Notes: generated by a model from the sequence alone, not told the origin. DNA of 29,063 nucleotides from Patescibacteria group bacterium (GCA_030837425.1 JAUPLJ010000001.1:1-29063), one strand, 5' to 3'. Positions 1 to 9,918 are shown, counted from the first letter of the stretch. Numbers and translations are program-made.

Positions 1-31
1 CTTGTGAAAATAGAGATCAAATAAATTATTT

Positions 32-643
32 TTATAAATCATCATCGTCTGGTTTTTCTACTTCGTAAAAATTTCTTATGTTTGGAGGAACAATATAATT
101 TTTCTTATTTTTTTCATAATAAAAATATTTAAATTTATCTTTTATTTCTTCAAGTTTTTTGTTATCAATAAAGACTCCTAAATTTTTTAAATAAGCCACA
201 GCTAAGTTCCTACAAGCAATAGCTACAAAATAAGGATCTTCTTTTGGCTCTTTATTATATGAATAGTATTCTTCTTTACATTTTTCTATATAGTCTTCTG
301 TGAGTGCGTTTTTTAATTCATCAAATTCTTTTTGTTCTAGTTTTTTTCTAATCTCTAAAATTTCTTCATGCTCTTCTTTTGAAGAAATATTTTTTTTATA
401 GTTTTCTATATCTTTTTCAGCTTTTTTGCTAATAAAATCTAGCAAATCTTCTTTAAGAGATCCTTTTTCTTCATCAGACCCATTTGGTAATTCAGCCTCC
501 ACTATTTCCTCAATAGAAAATCCATTTGGATGTTTATCTAAAATAGCTTCTAAATTAGCATCTTTATTTTCTAAACTTTTATTAAGTTCTTTATTACTAA
601 TTTTTCTAGGACCTGATATGTTAGCAAATTTAAATGAGATCAT
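32..643 (-). CDS. Hypothetical protein, 203 aa, Lys/Glu-rich, probably helical
   Basis: ATG-started ORF 19 nt downstream of the co-oriented yqeY-like gene; no recognised motif. Confidence 0.7.
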   Translation of the reverse strand: MISFKFANISGPRKISNKELNKSLENKDANLEAILDKHPNGFSIEEIVEAELPNGSDEEKGSLKEDLLDFISKKAEKDIENYKKNISSKEEHEEILEIRKKLEQKEFDELKNALTEDYIEKCKEEYYSYNKEPKEDPYFVAIACRNLAVAYLKNLGVFIDNKKLEEIKDKFKYFYYEKNKKNYIVPPNIRNFYEVEKPDDDDL

Positions 644-661
644 GCAGGATTTTTTAATTTA

Positions 662-1123
662 TTATTTTAGAAGTTCATCTATAATTTCTTTCACAATTGC
701 TCCGTCTGCATTACTTCCTAATTCTTTCATCATACTTCCGATAAATTGGCCTTTTTTTGTTGGATCAACAGATTCAGCAGCCAATTTTTCAGAAACTCTT
801 TTCATTATTTCCTCGCGAGTCATTTGAGCTGGTAAAAATTCTTCAATAATTTTCATTTCATTCATTTCGTCTTCAGCAAGCTCTGGTCTACCGGCATTTG
901 TATATTGCTCGACAGAATCTTTTCTTTTTTTCGCTTCTCTTTTTAAAACTTTCAAGACCTCTTCATCTGTTAGAGGTTCATCAGATGCTTTTCCTGAAGA
1001 TATTCTTGCTTCAGAGACCATTTCATTTGTAAAAGCAGCAGAGAGCATACGAAGTACACTAAGTCTATCTGCATTTTTTTCCATCATTGCTTTTTTTAAT
1101 TCTGCTTTAATTTGTTCTTGCAT
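662..1123 (-). CDS. yqeY: GatB/YqeY domain protein
   Basis: Pattern IKAELKKAM..LRML..KREAKKRKDSVEQYTNAGRPELAEDE..IIEEFLPAQM..ADG and 153-aa length match YqeY. Confidence 0.9.
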   Translation of the reverse strand: MQEQIKAELKKAMMEKNADRLSVLRMLSAAFTNEMVSEARISSGKASDEPLTDEEVLKVLKREAKKRKDSVEQYTNAGRPELAEDEMNEMKIIEEFLPAQMTREEIMKRVSEKLAAESVDPTKKGQFIGSMMKELGSNADGAIVKEIIDELLK

Positions 1124-1212
1124 AGATTTGTTATTTATGTTTTATAGGGGGAATTATATCATAAATAGCAGCATTTTTATAGATATTTCTTCCTGTGATA
1201 TAATCCATAAAT

Positions 1213-2316
1213 ATGGATATATCTATTATTATTTTAATCATTATTTTGGCAATATTTATTTTAAGTCTGCTTATTTTAATATATATACTAAATAAAAAGC
1301 TTGGAGGAGGCAAAAAAGATGAACTATTTTTAATTGCTGATACTTTAAAAATCTTAAGAGAAGATGTGCGAGAAAGTAGAAGAGACATTGATCAAAAGAT
1401 CGCTTTTGGACAAAAAGAAATGAATGACTCTGTTCGTCATCAATCTTCTGAATCACAAAAAATTATTTCTCAGATTTTTGAGCATTTAGGAAAAGTGAAT
1501 GAAAGCGTGATAGAGGTGAAAGAGGGAAGTAAACAAGTCCTCAGTATGACAGAGCAGCTTTCTAATCTTGAAAAAGTTTTGACCAATCAAAAGCAAAGAG
1601 GCAATTGGGGTGAATCTTCACTAGAACTTTTGCTTTCAAATTATCTTTCTGGCCAATACGAAATGCAATATAGATTTAAAAATGGAGAAATAGTCGATGC
1701 TGTAATACACATGAGAGACAAAATTCTTCCTATTGATTCAAAATTTTCTATTGATAATTATCGAAGATGTATTGATGCTGACAATGAAGATGATAAAAAA
1801 TATTTTGCAGATGAGTTTAAAAAAGATATAAAAAAGAGAATAGAAGAGACATCTAAATATGTAAATGAAACAGAAGAAAATACGACACCTTTCGCTTTTA
1901 TGTTTATACCGAGTGAATCTATTTTTTATGACATCAACGCAGGAAGCAATGGGGCTTTAAAAGTAGAGACTGAAAAACTTTTAGATTTTGCTCAACAAAA
2001 AAGAATTTATTTAGTTTCTCCTTCATCCATTTTTGCTTTTATTCATCTTATTTGGAGTGGTATCAAAGATCAAAAAATAGAAGAGAGTGCAAAAGAGATA
2101 AAGAAAAAAGTGGAAGATCTTGGAAAGCATATATTAAAATATGAAGATTATATGCAGAAGCTTGGAAACTCTTTAAACACTACTGTGAACCACTACAATG
2201 CGAGCTATAAAGAATTAAAGAAGATAGATAAAGATGTCTATAAAATTACAGACGGAGTCCACGAGATGAATATAGAGCCAATGTTGCTTGATAAAGTAAA
2301 TGTAGAGGAAGAATAA
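1213..2316 (+). CDS. rmuC: DNA recombination protein RmuC
   Basis: N-terminal TM helix, coiled coil, KQRGNWGE, VDAVI..PIDSKF and FAFMFIPSESIF motifs. TG-n-TATAAT promoter at about 1195-1203. Confidence 0.92.
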   Translation: MDISIIILIIILAIFILSLLILIYILNKKLGGGKKDELFLIADTLKILREDVRESRRDIDQKIAFGQKEMNDSVRHQSSESQKIISQIFEHLGKVNESVIEVKEGSKQVLSMTEQLSNLEKVLTNQKQRGNWGESSLELLLSNYLSGQYEMQYRFKNGEIVDAVIHMRDKILPIDSKFSIDNYRRCIDADNEDDKKYFADEFKKDIKKRIEETSKYVNETEENTTPFAFMFIPSESIFYDINAGSNGALKVETEKLLDFAQQKRIYLVSPSSIFAFIHLIWSGIKDQKIEESAKEIKKKVEDLGKHILKYEDYMQKLGNSLNTTVNHYNASYKELKKIDKDVYKITDGVHEMNIEPMLLDKVNVEEE

Positions 2317-2323
2317 AGAAAAT

Positions 2324-3784
2324 ATGAAAAATCTTTTTGAAAAGATTGATTATAAAAAATATTTTGAAAATAAAAAAATAACCAAGCAAGGATTTGGGAT
2401 TTTGGGTCGCGGTTTAGGAGTTGTTAAATTTTTACTTAAAAATAATGCTAATGTTTTAGTCACAGATTCAAAATCAAAATCTTTATTTACAGATCAGATT
2501 TTAGAATTAGAAAATTGGATGATTGAAAATAATATTTCTAAAAATAATTTAAATTTTGTTTTTGGTGAGCATAGAGTTGAAGATTTTATTAATTGTGATT
2601 ATGTCATCTCTGCTAGTGGTGTACCAAAAGATAATATTTATTTATTAGAAGCTAAAAATAAAAATATTCCCGTGTATCAAGAAAGCTCTTTATTTTTAAA
2701 GATAATAATGGATTTTAATAATAATGTAATAGAAGAAAAAATAAAAATAATAACCATAACAGGCACCAGAGGAAAGACTACCACAACACAATTAATTTAT
2801 AAGATTTTGAAAGATAATATAAAGGATAGAGAAATTTATTTAGGAGGAAATATACAAGGTATTTCTACAATAGAGATTTTAGAAAAAATAAAAGAAAAAG
2901 ATATAGTAGTAATGGAAACTGATTCATGGCTAGCTCAAGGATTTGAAGATATAAAATTTGGACCAGATGTCGCTATATTTACAAATCTGATGCGCGACCA
3001 TATGAATTATTATAAAGGAGATATGAGTGATTATTTTTCTGATAAAGCAAAAACTTTTTTGTATCAGAATCAAGATTCTACATTAATCGCAAATGAAGAT
3101 CTAAAAAAATACATAGAAGAATTTTTAAAGCCAGAATATAAAGAAAGATTTGAAAATTCTAAAAATAAAAAAATATTTATTACAAAAGAAGATATTGATA
3201 AAGACAGAGAAGCTTTTGAAAGTCCTTTGGAAGGAGAGCATAATAGATTAAATATATCTCTTGCTGTGAGAGCCGGAATAGAGCTTGGAATAAACATTGA
3301 TTCAATAAAAGATTCAGTGAAGAGATTTAATGGTGTCTCAGGCAGATTAGAATTTGTAAAAGAGATAAATGGAGTTAAATATTATAATGACACTACCGCG
3401 ACGACTGGAGAAGCAGTGGTAGCAGCTTTAGACGCTTTTAAAGACAAAGATAATAAGTTAATCTTAATAACCGGGGGAACAGATAAAGAGCTTGATATTG
3501 AAAATTATACAAATAAATTAATAGAATATAAAAGATTCGGCAAAATAAAAAAGCTAATCTTTTTGTCCAATGAGACAACCACAGGCACTAAAAAAGTTTT
3601 AGATAAAATGTCCTCACTCGATTTTAATGATTATGTATTAGTAAAAGATTTATCTGAAGGTGTAGATCTTGCCAGAAAAAGCTCTGAGCCCACAGATATT
3701 ATTTTGTTTTCTCCTGGTTTTGCAAGCTTTGGCATGTTTTTAAATGAATATGATAGAGGAGAGAAGTTTTTGGAGTTAATCTAA
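2324..3784 (+). CDS. murD: UDP-N-acetylmuramoyl-L-alanine--D-glutamate ligase
   Basis: ITGTRGKTTT P-loop, NLMRDHMNYY, GEHNRLN, YYNDTTATT, LITGG and FSPGFASFGMFLNEYDRGEKF C-terminus typical of MurD. Confidence 0.88.
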   Translation: MKNLFEKIDYKKYFENKKITKQGFGILGRGLGVVKFLLKNNANVLVTDSKSKSLFTDQILELENWMIENNISKNNLNFVFGEHRVEDFINCDYVISASGVPKDNIYLLEAKNKNIPVYQESSLFLKIIMDFNNNVIEEKIKIITITGTRGKTTTTQLIYKILKDNIKDREIYLGGNIQGISTIEILEKIKEKDIVVMETDSWLAQGFEDIKFGPDVAIFTNLMRDHMNYYKGDMSDYFSDKAKTFLYQNQDSTLIANEDLKKYIEEFLKPEYKERFENSKNKKIFITKEDIDKDREAFESPLEGEHNRLNISLAVRAGIELGINIDSIKDSVKRFNGVSGRLEFVKEINGVKYYNDTTATTGEAVVAALDAFKDKDNKLILITGGTDKELDIENYTNKLIEYKRFGKIKKLIFLSNETTTGTKKVLDKMSSLDFNDYVLVKDLSEGVDLARKSSEPTDIILFSPGFASFGMFLNEYDRGEKFLELI

Positions 3785-3875
3785 ATATATTTGCAAAAAA
3801 ACTGATTTTGTGATAATATTCTAGTATTAAAAAAACTTTACAAAAGAATTAACAGGTTAAAAACTATTGAAATAT

Positions 3876-4193
3876 ATGACTAATTTCGCAGTAATCCAAA
3901 CAGGAGGAAAAGAATACAAAGTAGAAGCAGGAAGTAAAATCAAAATCGAAAAGATTATTGGTGAGTATAAGGTTGGAGACAAACTTTCTTTTGAGAATGT
4001 CCTTCTTGTTGTAAATGGATCTGATGTAAAAGTAGGTACACCACATGTAGCAGGATCTAAAGTGGAAGCAGAAATTGTAGACATTGCAAAACACAAGACT
4101 GTAGAAGTTGTTAAATATATGCCAAAATCTAGATACTTCAAGAAAAATGGCCACAGACAACCATATTTTGAAATTAAAGTTTTAGCTATCTAA
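3876..4193 (+). CDS. rplU: 50S ribosomal protein L21 (start placed at ATG 3876 rather than TTG 3867)
   Basis: FAVIQTGGKEYKV...VGTPHV...KNGHRQPY. Confidence 0.97.
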   Translation: MTNFAVIQTGGKEYKVEAGSKIKIEKIIGEYKVGDKLSFENVLLVVNGSDVKVGTPHVAGSKVEAEIVDIAKHKTVEVVKYMPKSRYFKKNGHRQPYFEIKVLAI

Positions 4194-4200
4194 ATCCTAT

Positions 4201-4238
4201 AAAATAAAACCTCTGAGAAATCAGAGGTTTTATTTTTA
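4201..4238. terminator. Intrinsic terminator after rplU
   Basis: AAAATAAAACCTCTGA-GAAA-TCAGAGGTTTTATTTT perfect inverted repeat. Confidence 0.85.
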
Positions 4239-4305
4239 TTATCAATATGTTAGTATTTTAATAGTTTTAAACAACATTCATTCACCAACAATAAAATCCT
4301 TAATT

Positions 4306-4596
4306 ATGTGGTTTTTATCAACTTTTTTAAATTCTTTTCCAGAAGGTAAAAAACTTTGGGAAAAGTATCAAACATACACGTGTTGGTATTATAAAGGATG
4401 GCTTTTTAAAATCTTTTTTTATATACCAATTTATAGTGTTTTATGCGACATTTTTAAACTTCTTAAAAAGCAAAATAATCCACTTTATGCTTTAGATGAT
4501 TTGTACACAGATGTTGAATCATTTGGTTTTAATGATTTAGCTAAAAAAATTTACAATCACAAAAGTTTTGCTGCATTGGATGCTGGAGATGATTAA
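4306..4596 (+). CDS. Small hypothetical protein, 96 aa, aromatic-rich
   Basis: ORF fills the space between two terminator hairpins; no recognised motif; start uncertain. Confidence 0.5.
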   Translation: MWFLSTFLNSFPEGKKLWEKYQTYTCWYYKGWLFKIFFYIPIYSVLCDIFKLLKKQNNPLYALDDLYTDVESFGFNDLAKKIYNHKSFAALDAGDD

Positions 4597-4614
4597 AATA
4601 AAATTTATTCTTTA

Positions 4615-4642
4615 AAAAAGATACTCGACTGAGTATCTTTTT
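4615..4642. terminator. Bidirectional terminator between the 96-aa ORF and recR
   Basis: AAAAAGATACTC-GACT-GAGTATCTTTTT between convergent stops. Confidence 0.85.
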
Positions 4643-4653
4643 AATTTTATAAA

Positions 4654-5283
4654 TTACTCTCTATGATTAAATGCTTCTTTGAAAGTATTTTTATCGACAT
4701 ATTCAATATCTAGGCCAGTTGATAGACCTCTTGCTAAGGTCGACATTTTTAGATTTTCAATTCCTACAACTTGAGAAAGAGTTTTCTTTAAATAATTAAT
4801 TGTATTTTCTCCTTCATCTGTAGCAGGTAGAGCAAAGACAACTTCAGAAATGCTTTTTTCTCCATTTTGTAAATTTGTATGTATCAAATTTACAAGCTCT
4901 CGAATATTTAAAATCTCAGTTGGCTTCTCTGTTAGAAATGGAAGCACTGATCCGAGTACAAAATATTTTCCATTATAAAATCCAGTTTTTTCTATTGCGT
5001 CTATATCAAGCTCTTTTACTACTATCATTAGAGATTTTTCATCTCTACTTTCGTCTTCACAAATAGAGCAAAGCTTCTTCTCTTTATTTTTTGATTTACT
5101 AAATATTCTCAGACAAGATTCACACACATGAGATGAGTCTTTTAGCATTTCTATATTTTTTGCGAGATCTATTTTATAGCCCTCATTTTGTCTTAAAAGA
5201 AAATAAACAAATCTAGCCGCTTGCTTTGGGCCAATACCAGGGAATTTTAAAAATAGCTCTTGTAATTTTTCTGTAGGATTCAT
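4654..5283 (-). CDS. recR: Recombination mediator RecR
   Basis: HhH FPGIGPKQAARF, C4 Zn finger CESC..CSIC, TOPRIM region and LARGL..G.DIEYVD. Confidence 0.95.
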   Translation of the reverse strand: MNPTEKLQELFLKFPGIGPKQAARFVYFLLRQNEGYKIDLAKNIEMLKDSSHVCESCLRIFSKSKNKEKKLCSICEDESRDEKSLMIVVKELDIDAIEKTGFYNGKYFVLGSVLPFLTEKPTEILNIRELVNLIHTNLQNGEKSISEVVFALPATDEGENTINYLKKTLSQVVGIENLKMSTLARGLSTGLDIEYVDKNTFKEAFNHRE

Positions 5284-5306
5284 GAATAAGATTATATCAA
5301 ATGATT

Positions 5307-6791
5307 TTAAAAATCATCAAAGGTGTCGACTTTTGGCATTTCAAAATCTCCAAATTCATTTTTATCAATAGATAAGAAAGTAGTCTTTTTACTATCAAAG
5401 AATAATTCAACAATTCCTGTTGGGCCATTTCTATGTTTTTCTATGAGTATTTCTACTATATTTTTCTTTTCAGTATTTTCGCTGTGTTTATCTTCTCTGT
5501 GAATAAACATCACGATGTCTGCATCTTGCTCTATAGATCCTGAATCACGAAGGTCTGAAAGGCGAGGGCGGCCTCCACGGCTTTCTACAGCACGAGAAAG
5601 CTGAGAAAGCGCTATCACAGGCACATTAAACTCTTTAGCGAGCCCTTTTAATGATCTTGAGATCTCTGTCACTTGATTCACCATATTTTCATATGTGCGA
5701 GATGTCCCCATGAGCTGCAAGTAGTCGACAATCACAAGCCCGACAGGTTTGTCATGATTAAGCTTTCTTAGGACACTTCTCATATTCATCACAGTATTTG
5801 CTGGTTTATCATCAATAAAAATAGGAGCCTGCATGAGTTTGTGCATTCCTTCTTGAAGTCTTTCAAGCTCTTCTTCTACATTCAATTTACCTGTGCGGAG
5901 CCTCCATCCATCGACTTGTGCTTCAGCAGCGAGCATTCTATCAACAAGCTGCTGCTTACTCATTTCCAGAGAGAATATCACAGTCGGTACATTTGCATTG
6001 ACAGCAGCATTACGAGCAAGGTCAAGTGCAAGGGATGTCTTTCCGACAGATGGTCGAGCAGCAAGAATTATTAAATCAGATTTTTGAAATCCAGACAATT
6101 TATTATCAAGATCTTTAAACCCTGTCGGCACACCACGCACCTCATTTTGATTTTCTGCTAGATGAATAAATCTTGAGATAGTCTCTTCTCCAAGATCTCG
6201 CATAGAAACAAGCTCGCTATCGCCAGAATTTTTAGAAGTTATTTCATAAATTTTTCTTTCTGCTTCTTCCAAGACATGCTCCAATTCTTTTTCTTCATTA
6301 AAAGCAATTTCTCCGATATGTCCTCCAGCAACAATTAATTTTCGGAGTACAGATTTTTTCTTAATTATGTTTGCATAATAAATAATGTTTGAAGCAGATC
6401 CCACAAGCCCGAGTAGATTTGAAAGATAATCTGTCCCACCGATTTGCTCCAATTCTTTTTTCTCTCTTAATTTCGCAGACACAGTTAAAAGATCAATCGG
6501 CTCTTTTTTATTTATTAAGTCATGAATAGTTTCAAAAATGATTTTATGTTTTTCAGAATAGAAATCATTTTTATCTAAAATATTTGCAATATCATAAAAA
6601 GCGTCTTGGACAAGGAGTAGAGATCCAAGTAAAGCTTTTTCAGTCTCAAGATCTTGAGGGGGGATTCTTATCCCAGAGAGTTCATCAAAAGGAGAAAGAA
6701 TATTTTTATTCTTAAAATAATTTGAAGATTTTTCATTTCTTTTTTCTTTTGTATTTTCATCTGACCTAGATAAATCTTGAGCTGATAACAT
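5307..6791 (-). CDS. dnaB: Replicative DNA helicase DnaB
   Basis: IPPQDLETEKALLG, AARPSVGKT, FSLEMS, VDYLQLM, LSQLSRAVESR, DLRDSGSIEQDAD, KHRNGPTG; no intein. Confidence 0.98.
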   Translation of the reverse strand: MLSAQDLSRSDENTKEKRNEKSSNYFKNKNILSPFDELSGIRIPPQDLETEKALLGSLLLVQDAFYDIANILDKNDFYSEKHKIIFETIHDLINKKEPIDLLTVSAKLREKKELEQIGGTDYLSNLLGLVGSASNIIYYANIIKKKSVLRKLIVAGGHIGEIAFNEEKELEHVLEEAERKIYEITSKNSGDSELVSMRDLGEETISRFIHLAENQNEVRGVPTGFKDLDNKLSGFQKSDLIILAARPSVGKTSLALDLARNAAVNANVPTVIFSLEMSKQQLVDRMLAAEAQVDGWRLRTGKLNVEEELERLQEGMHKLMQAPIFIDDKPANTVMNMRSVLRKLNHDKPVGLVIVDYLQLMGTSRTYENMVNQVTEISRSLKGLAKEFNVPVIALSQLSRAVESRGGRPRLSDLRDSGSIEQDADIVMFIHREDKHSENTEKKNIVEILIEKHRNGPTGIVELFFDSKKTTFLSIDKNEFGDFEMPKVDTFDDF

Positions 6792-6930
6792 AAATTTATT
6801 TTTATTAATTAATCTCTCCTTATTAATAGATTAATAATAACAAAATTAGCACTATTGCTACTAATTAAAATTTATGTTGAAAAGGGGGGATAAAGTGGAA
6901 AAGATAAATACAGCCTTTTAAAAAAGCTTT

Positions 6931-8187
6931 TTATATTAGATTCAATCCGAAATATTTATCCACTTCTTTTATTGCTAAAAATTTTTCACTGTCAGATACA
7001 TCTTTATCGTTTATAAGAGACCAAAGAGTGGCCAGAGCGATAGAAGTATTTAGATCGTCATTCATTGCATTCACAAATTTTTCGTAATAATTTTTTATTT
7101 CTTCTGAAGGTGCAACTTTTTCTGTTTCAGAAATGTTTGGTGCGGCACTCAATTTTATTTTTTCAACTTGCTTTAATAATTTTTGATAAGCGGTGTTTGC
7201 TGCATCAAGTGAATCCCAGGAGAATTTCATTTCTTTTCTATAATGAGTCATGAGAAGTAAATATTTATAAGCTAGGGGAGAAATATTTTTTTCTTTTATG
7301 CTTTCAAGCCTTATAAATCCTTCGCCACTTTTAGCCATTTTAATTTTGTCTAAAATAACGTGATTTAAATGCATCCAAATATTTACAAATCTTTTTCCAT
7401 CATCACAACTTGATTCACTTTGAGCTATTTCGTTTGTATGGTGTATTGGTATATGCTCTATACCGCCTGTATGTATATCTAAATGATTTCCTAAAACTGC
7501 GCGACTCATAGCACTACACTCAATATGCCATCCAGGAAACCCTACTCCCCAAGGAGATTCCCATTCCATTTGTCTTTTTTCTTTTGAAAATTTCCATAAA
7601 GCAAAGTCTGTTATATTTTTCTTTTCATTTTTTTCATCATCAACTCTTTTTCCTTTTTGTAGTCCTTCTATATCTATTCTTCCTAATTCTGCATAATTTA
7701 TAAATTTACTTGTATCAAAATAAATTCCATCACTTGTTTTATAGGCATATCCTTTTTCTTCTAGAATTTTTACCATTTCTATCTGCTCTTTTATATAGTC
7801 AGTAGCTTTACTCCAAATAAATTTTTCTTTATTGATATTCAAATCTTTTAGATCAGAATAAAATGCTTGTGTATAAAATTCTGCCACGTCCCACACTGAT
7901 TTTCCTTCTCTTTCAGAGCCTTTTTCCATCTTATCTTCTCCTTCATCTCCATCTGAGACTAAATGCCCAACATCTGTGATATTTATTTGATGCTTAAGAT
8001 TATATCCAGCCTCACTTAAAGTATTATTTAAAATATCCGCAAAGATATAAGCTCTCAAATTCCCAATATGAGCATAATGATATACAGTTGGCCCACAAGA
8101 ATAGATTTTTATTTCTCGTGAATCAATTGGTTTAAAAATTTCTTTCTCTTTTGAGAGAGTGTTGTATAGTTTTATCTCTTTTGCCAT
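6931..8187 (-). CDS. cysS: Cysteine--tRNA ligase, C-terminally short (418 aa)
   Basis: CGPTVY..HIGN, DFALWK, GFPGWHIECSAM, DIHTGG..HHTNE, KMAKS and AMNDDLNT helix bundle. Confidence 0.96.
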   Translation of the reverse strand: MAKEIKLYNTLSKEKEIFKPIDSREIKIYSCGPTVYHYAHIGNLRAYIFADILNNTLSEAGYNLKHQINITDVGHLVSDGDEGEDKMEKGSEREGKSVWDVAEFYTQAFYSDLKDLNINKEKFIWSKATDYIKEQIEMVKILEEKGYAYKTSDGIYFDTSKFINYAELGRIDIEGLQKGKRVDDEKNEKKNITDFALWKFSKEKRQMEWESPWGVGFPGWHIECSAMSRAVLGNHLDIHTGGIEHIPIHHTNEIAQSESSCDDGKRFVNIWMHLNHVILDKIKMAKSGEGFIRLESIKEKNISPLAYKYLLLMTHYRKEMKFSWDSLDAANTAYQKLLKQVEKIKLSAAPNISETEKVAPSEEIKNYYEKFVNAMNDDLNTSIALATLWSLINDKDVSDSEKFLAIKEVDKYFGLNLI

Positions 8188-8261
8188 AACTTTTTATTTG
8201 TTTTTATTTTAGCATATATTCTATTATATTTCCTGTGTTATAATTCGAAGATATAAAAATT

Positions 8262-9533
8262 ATGAAAAAACCAATCTTAAAAAATCCCTTTAAAAATGCC
8301 TTCAAAAATGGTAGCGAAAGAGTAAAATATGTATATGTAGCGATAATCGCGATATTCTTCTTTATTTTTGGATATATCTTTGCTAATATTTCCCCATCTC
8401 GCATTACTTTATTTTCTCCTGCTTCTGCTTCTTCTGGGACCATAGCTATACCACCAATTCTTTTAGAAGTTCAAAATATTTTGGATCAAAATTTTATTTC
8501 TTGGAAAGCTTCTTCTACTTTACCTACAGCTCAAGAGTTAAGCTATGGGATAATAAAAGGATATGTTGAAAGCTATAAAGATCCATATACAGAATTTTTT
8601 ACTCCACAAGAGTCAAAACAATTTGAAGGAAATATAAAAGGAAGCTTTGGAGGAATTGGAGCATATATTGGATACAAAGAGGGATACACTGTGATAATTT
8701 CTACAATTAAAAATAGTCCTGCAGAAAAAGCTGGGATAAAAGGTGGAGATATTATCGTCGCAGTAGATGCGACTTCAACCAGGGGCATGTCTTCTGACGA
8801 AGTTGTTAGTTATGTACGAGGAGATATAGGCACAAGTGTGACTCTAGAAGTTCTTCATAAAAATGAATCAAAGACTTCAAAAATAAAAATAACTAGAGCA
8901 AAAGTTGATATTCCAATTTTAGACACAGAAATAAGAGGCGATGTATTTGTAATTCATTTTTATTCATTTACAGAAGATTCAGCTTCAAGATTCCAAGATG
9001 CTTTAAAGAAATTTGCAGATTCAGGAAAGACAAAGCTACTTCTCGATCTGAGAGGAAATGGTGGTGGATATTTAGGCTCTGCAATAAATATAGCCTCATT
9101 CTTTTTATCAAAAGATAAATTGATAGTATCAGAGAAAAATAGTAAAAATGAAGAAGATAAAAAAGACTATTCATTAGGCTATGATTTCTTTGATCATAAA
9201 ATATTAAAATTAGGAGTGCTTATTGATGGAGGATCTGCTTCTGCTTCTGAGATTTTAGCTGGAGCTTTGAAAGATAATGGAGTCGCTACAGTGATAGGAG
9301 AAAAATCTTTTGGAAAAGGATCTGTCCAACAACTTATAAAATTAAGTGATGGATCCGATATAAAAGTGACAGTTGCAAAATGGTTTACCCCAAACGGAGT
9401 AAATATTTCAGAAAATGGAATTCTTCCAGATGTGATTGCCACAAGCTCTGAAGTAATTAAATTTGATAAAGCTGGAAAAGCGATTGATGTGCAACTAGAA
9501 AAAGCGATAGAAATAGTAAATAATTTAAAATAA
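8262..9533 (+). CDS. ctpA: S41 family carboxy-terminal processing protease (CtpA-like) with N-terminal membrane anchor and PDZ domain
   Basis: DPYT, FGGIG PDZ loop, DLRGNGGG, SASASEILAGAL (catalytic Ser), GKGSVQ (catalytic Lys). Confidence 0.93.
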   Translation: MKKPILKNPFKNAFKNGSERVKYVYVAIIAIFFFIFGYIFANISPSRITLFSPASASSGTIAIPPILLEVQNILDQNFISWKASSTLPTAQELSYGIIKGYVESYKDPYTEFFTPQESKQFEGNIKGSFGGIGAYIGYKEGYTVIISTIKNSPAEKAGIKGGDIIVAVDATSTRGMSSDEVVSYVRGDIGTSVTLEVLHKNESKTSKIKITRAKVDIPILDTEIRGDVFVIHFYSFTEDSASRFQDALKKFADSGKTKLLLDLRGNGGGYLGSAINIASFFLSKDKLIVSEKNSKNEEDKKDYSLGYDFFDHKILKLGVLIDGGSASASEILAGALKDNGVATVIGEKSFGKGSVQQLIKLSDGSDIKVTVAKWFTPNGVNISENGILPDVIATSSEVIKFDKAGKAIDVQLEKAIEIVNNLK

Positions 9534-9545
9534 AATACAAAAATA

Positions 9546-9591
9546 AAAAACCTTTAGTTATACGATGAATATCGTCTGACTAAAGGTTTTT
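9546..9591. terminator. Long bidirectional hairpin between ctpA and the 76-aa ORF
   Basis: AAAAACCTTTAGTTA..ACGAT-GAAT-ATCGT..TGACTAAAGGTTTTT. Confidence 0.8.
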
Positions 9592-9606
9592 CCTAGTTGA
9601 AAGTTT

Positions 9607-9837
9607 TCAACGTGTTGGAATCATGGTGTGCCCAGATTTCAACTCAATGATTCTGTTTTTAAGCCAAACAAAGCCTTTTTTAGTAATTTTTCTTTTAATT
9701 AAAATTTCTTTAATAATAAAGTCTTTTAAAAAGAAATCTTTATTATTAAAGATTTCCGCAAGAATGTTTACTTTTTCTTTTTGTTTGTTAAAAAGATCAT
9801 CAACCGGAGAAGTTCTGTGAGATTGATTTGGTTTCAT
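9607..9837 (-). CDS. Small basic hypothetical protein, 76 aa
   Basis: ATG ORF with a near-consensus minus-strand promoter (TTGACA-17-TAAGAT) upstream and a hairpin downstream. Confidence 0.6.
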   Translation of the reverse strand: MKPNQSHRTSPVDDLFNKQKEKVNILAEIFNNKDFFLKDFIIKEILIKRKITKKGFVWLKNRIIELKSGHTMIPTR

Positions 9838-9867
9838 CTTTAAAAATTTTTAAAAATAACTTTATAT

Positions 9868-9918
9868 ATCTTACCAGATAATATATTTTTTGTCAAAAAG
9901 AAAGTTATCTGTTAAAAT
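9868..9918. promoter_or_regulatory. Overlapping divergent sigma70-type promoters
   Basis: Minus: TTGACA (9896-9891), 17 nt, TAAGAT (9873-9868), with TG. Plus: TTGTCA (9890-9895), 17 nt, TAAAAT (9913-9918), with TG. Confidence 0.75.

Noticed and set aside
426-827. 133-aa plus-strand ORF and the other antisense or overlapping track ORFs (for example 1131-1388, 3857-4141, 5841-6074, 9194-9442, 12759-13055, 17683-17958, 28753-29046)
   Set aside because: Shadows of well-supported genes on the opposite strand or in another frame; Ser/Phe/Leu-rich with no motifs.
5307-6791. Intein or unusual insertion in DnaB
   Set aside because: Length is normal and the motifs are contiguous; only a ~40-aa low-complexity N-terminal extension.
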